From Myxococcota bacterium (GTDB taxonomy: Bacteria > Myxococcota_A > SURF-8 > G963663525): 64,000 bases of DNA. The DNA is taken from the NCBI GenBank assembly GCA_963676915.2, contig CAXXVK010000019.1, positions 26,433 through 90,432 of the forward strand. Reading direction: 5' to 3'. Below the pieces are notes generated by a model. The model was not told where the DNA came from. It was given only the letters and a program-made list of their open reading frames with translations, and did no database searches. Positions within the stretch are counted from its first letter, which is position 1; each line of letters begins with the position of its first letter. Positions 63,322 through 64,000 of this stretch are shown here, piece by piece. The position numbers were made by a program, and so were the translations under genes.

Positions 63322-64000
63322 ATGACCGAGGCACCGCGTGTGTTGTTCGTAGCATCGGAAGTTTCGCCTTTTGCCAAGGTCGGGGGGTTGGCGGATGTTT
63401 CAGGAGCGTTACCCAAAGCTCTAGCGAAATCCGGAGTCCACGTAGAAGTGGCGATGCCGCTGTATCGTTCCATTGATCGGGAACGTTGGAGGCTACGCCT
63501 GTCGGAGTCGTTCGAGCCACGAATGATTCGTGTAGGATCGCGTTTTCTGCTGGCCACATACTGGCAAGGTCGTTTGCCGAGTTCCGACGTTCCGGTACAT
63601 TTCGTCGATGTTCCCGAATGGTTCGGACGTGACGGCGTATACGACGATCCTTACGAGAAGCAGGCATGGTGGGATAATGGTGAACGCTTCGGCGGCTTTT
63701 GTCTCGCTGTGCTGGCCATGCTCGAACAGCAGGGCGGGCGGTTCGATATTGTACACGCCAACGATTATCAAGCGGCGTTGCTGCCGGTTTTTCTCAAGAC
63801 GACGCATCAATATCATCCGAATCTCAGCCGCCTGAAGACGTTGTTGACTCTGCACAACGTGGGGTATCAGGGGCAGTTTCCCCTTTCGCTGGGTGAAGCG
63901 CTCGGGCTACCACCCTGGACGACGGAACCTTTCGGAACCCTTGAGTTTTTCGGTGGATTGAACATGCTCAAAGGTGGTTGTGTCTTTGCGGATCGAATCA
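63322..64000 (+). CDS. glgA: Glycogen synthase (5' part, runs off the window end)
   Basis: Manual translation MTEAPRVLFVASEVSPFAKVGGLADVSGALPKAL...DIVHANDYQAAL...TLHNVGYQG; GGAGG SD. Not in the ORF track. Confidence 0.95.
   Translation, partial: MTEAPRVLFVASEVSPFAKVGGLADVSGALPKALAKSGVHVEVAMPLYRSIDRERWRLRLSESFEPRMIRVGSRFLLATYWQGRLPSSDVPVHFVDVPEWFGRDGVYDDPYEKQAWWDNGERFGGFCLAVLAMLEQQGGRFDIVHANDYQAALLPVFLKTTHQYHPNLSRLKTLLTLHNVGYQGQFPLSLGEALGLPPWTTEPFGTLEFFGGLNMLKGGCVFADRI

Overview
A 64-kb bacterial chromosomal segment, probably from a deltaproteobacterial (Myxococcota/Desulfobacterota-like) organism. This is inferred from the sigma54 activators, the Cys-rich secreted proteins and a GGC-TM-RR C-terminal sorting signal. 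Housekeeping genes include partial rplM, hemB, skp-lpxD-lpxA, plsC, tRNA-Asn, lysC, ltaE-rsmA-tsaD-asnS, rfbB and partial glgA. The clearest hidden system is a complete IS110 (IS621-like) element at 56378-57552. Its left-end non-coding region reads as a bridge RNA whose guides match the element's own donor junction and a GTAG-type REP palindrome that the insertion split, and circularisation would create a TTGACT-17-TATGAT promoter. Other accessory modules: (i) a two-component/sigma54-controlled operon for a porin, a TauE transporter and a Tat-less, anchor-less molybdoenzyme coupled to a GltD-like flavoprotein; (ii) a TetR locus with three visible operator palindromes; (iii) a DUF6788-like Zn-finger gene heading a His-rich MacB-type ABC operon; (iv) a DUF1329-YCF48-RND module; (v) several secreted disulfide/acidic repeat proteins, including a 2094-aa protein with 30 six-Cys repeats. 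All calls come from reading motifs by eye; no database searches were run.
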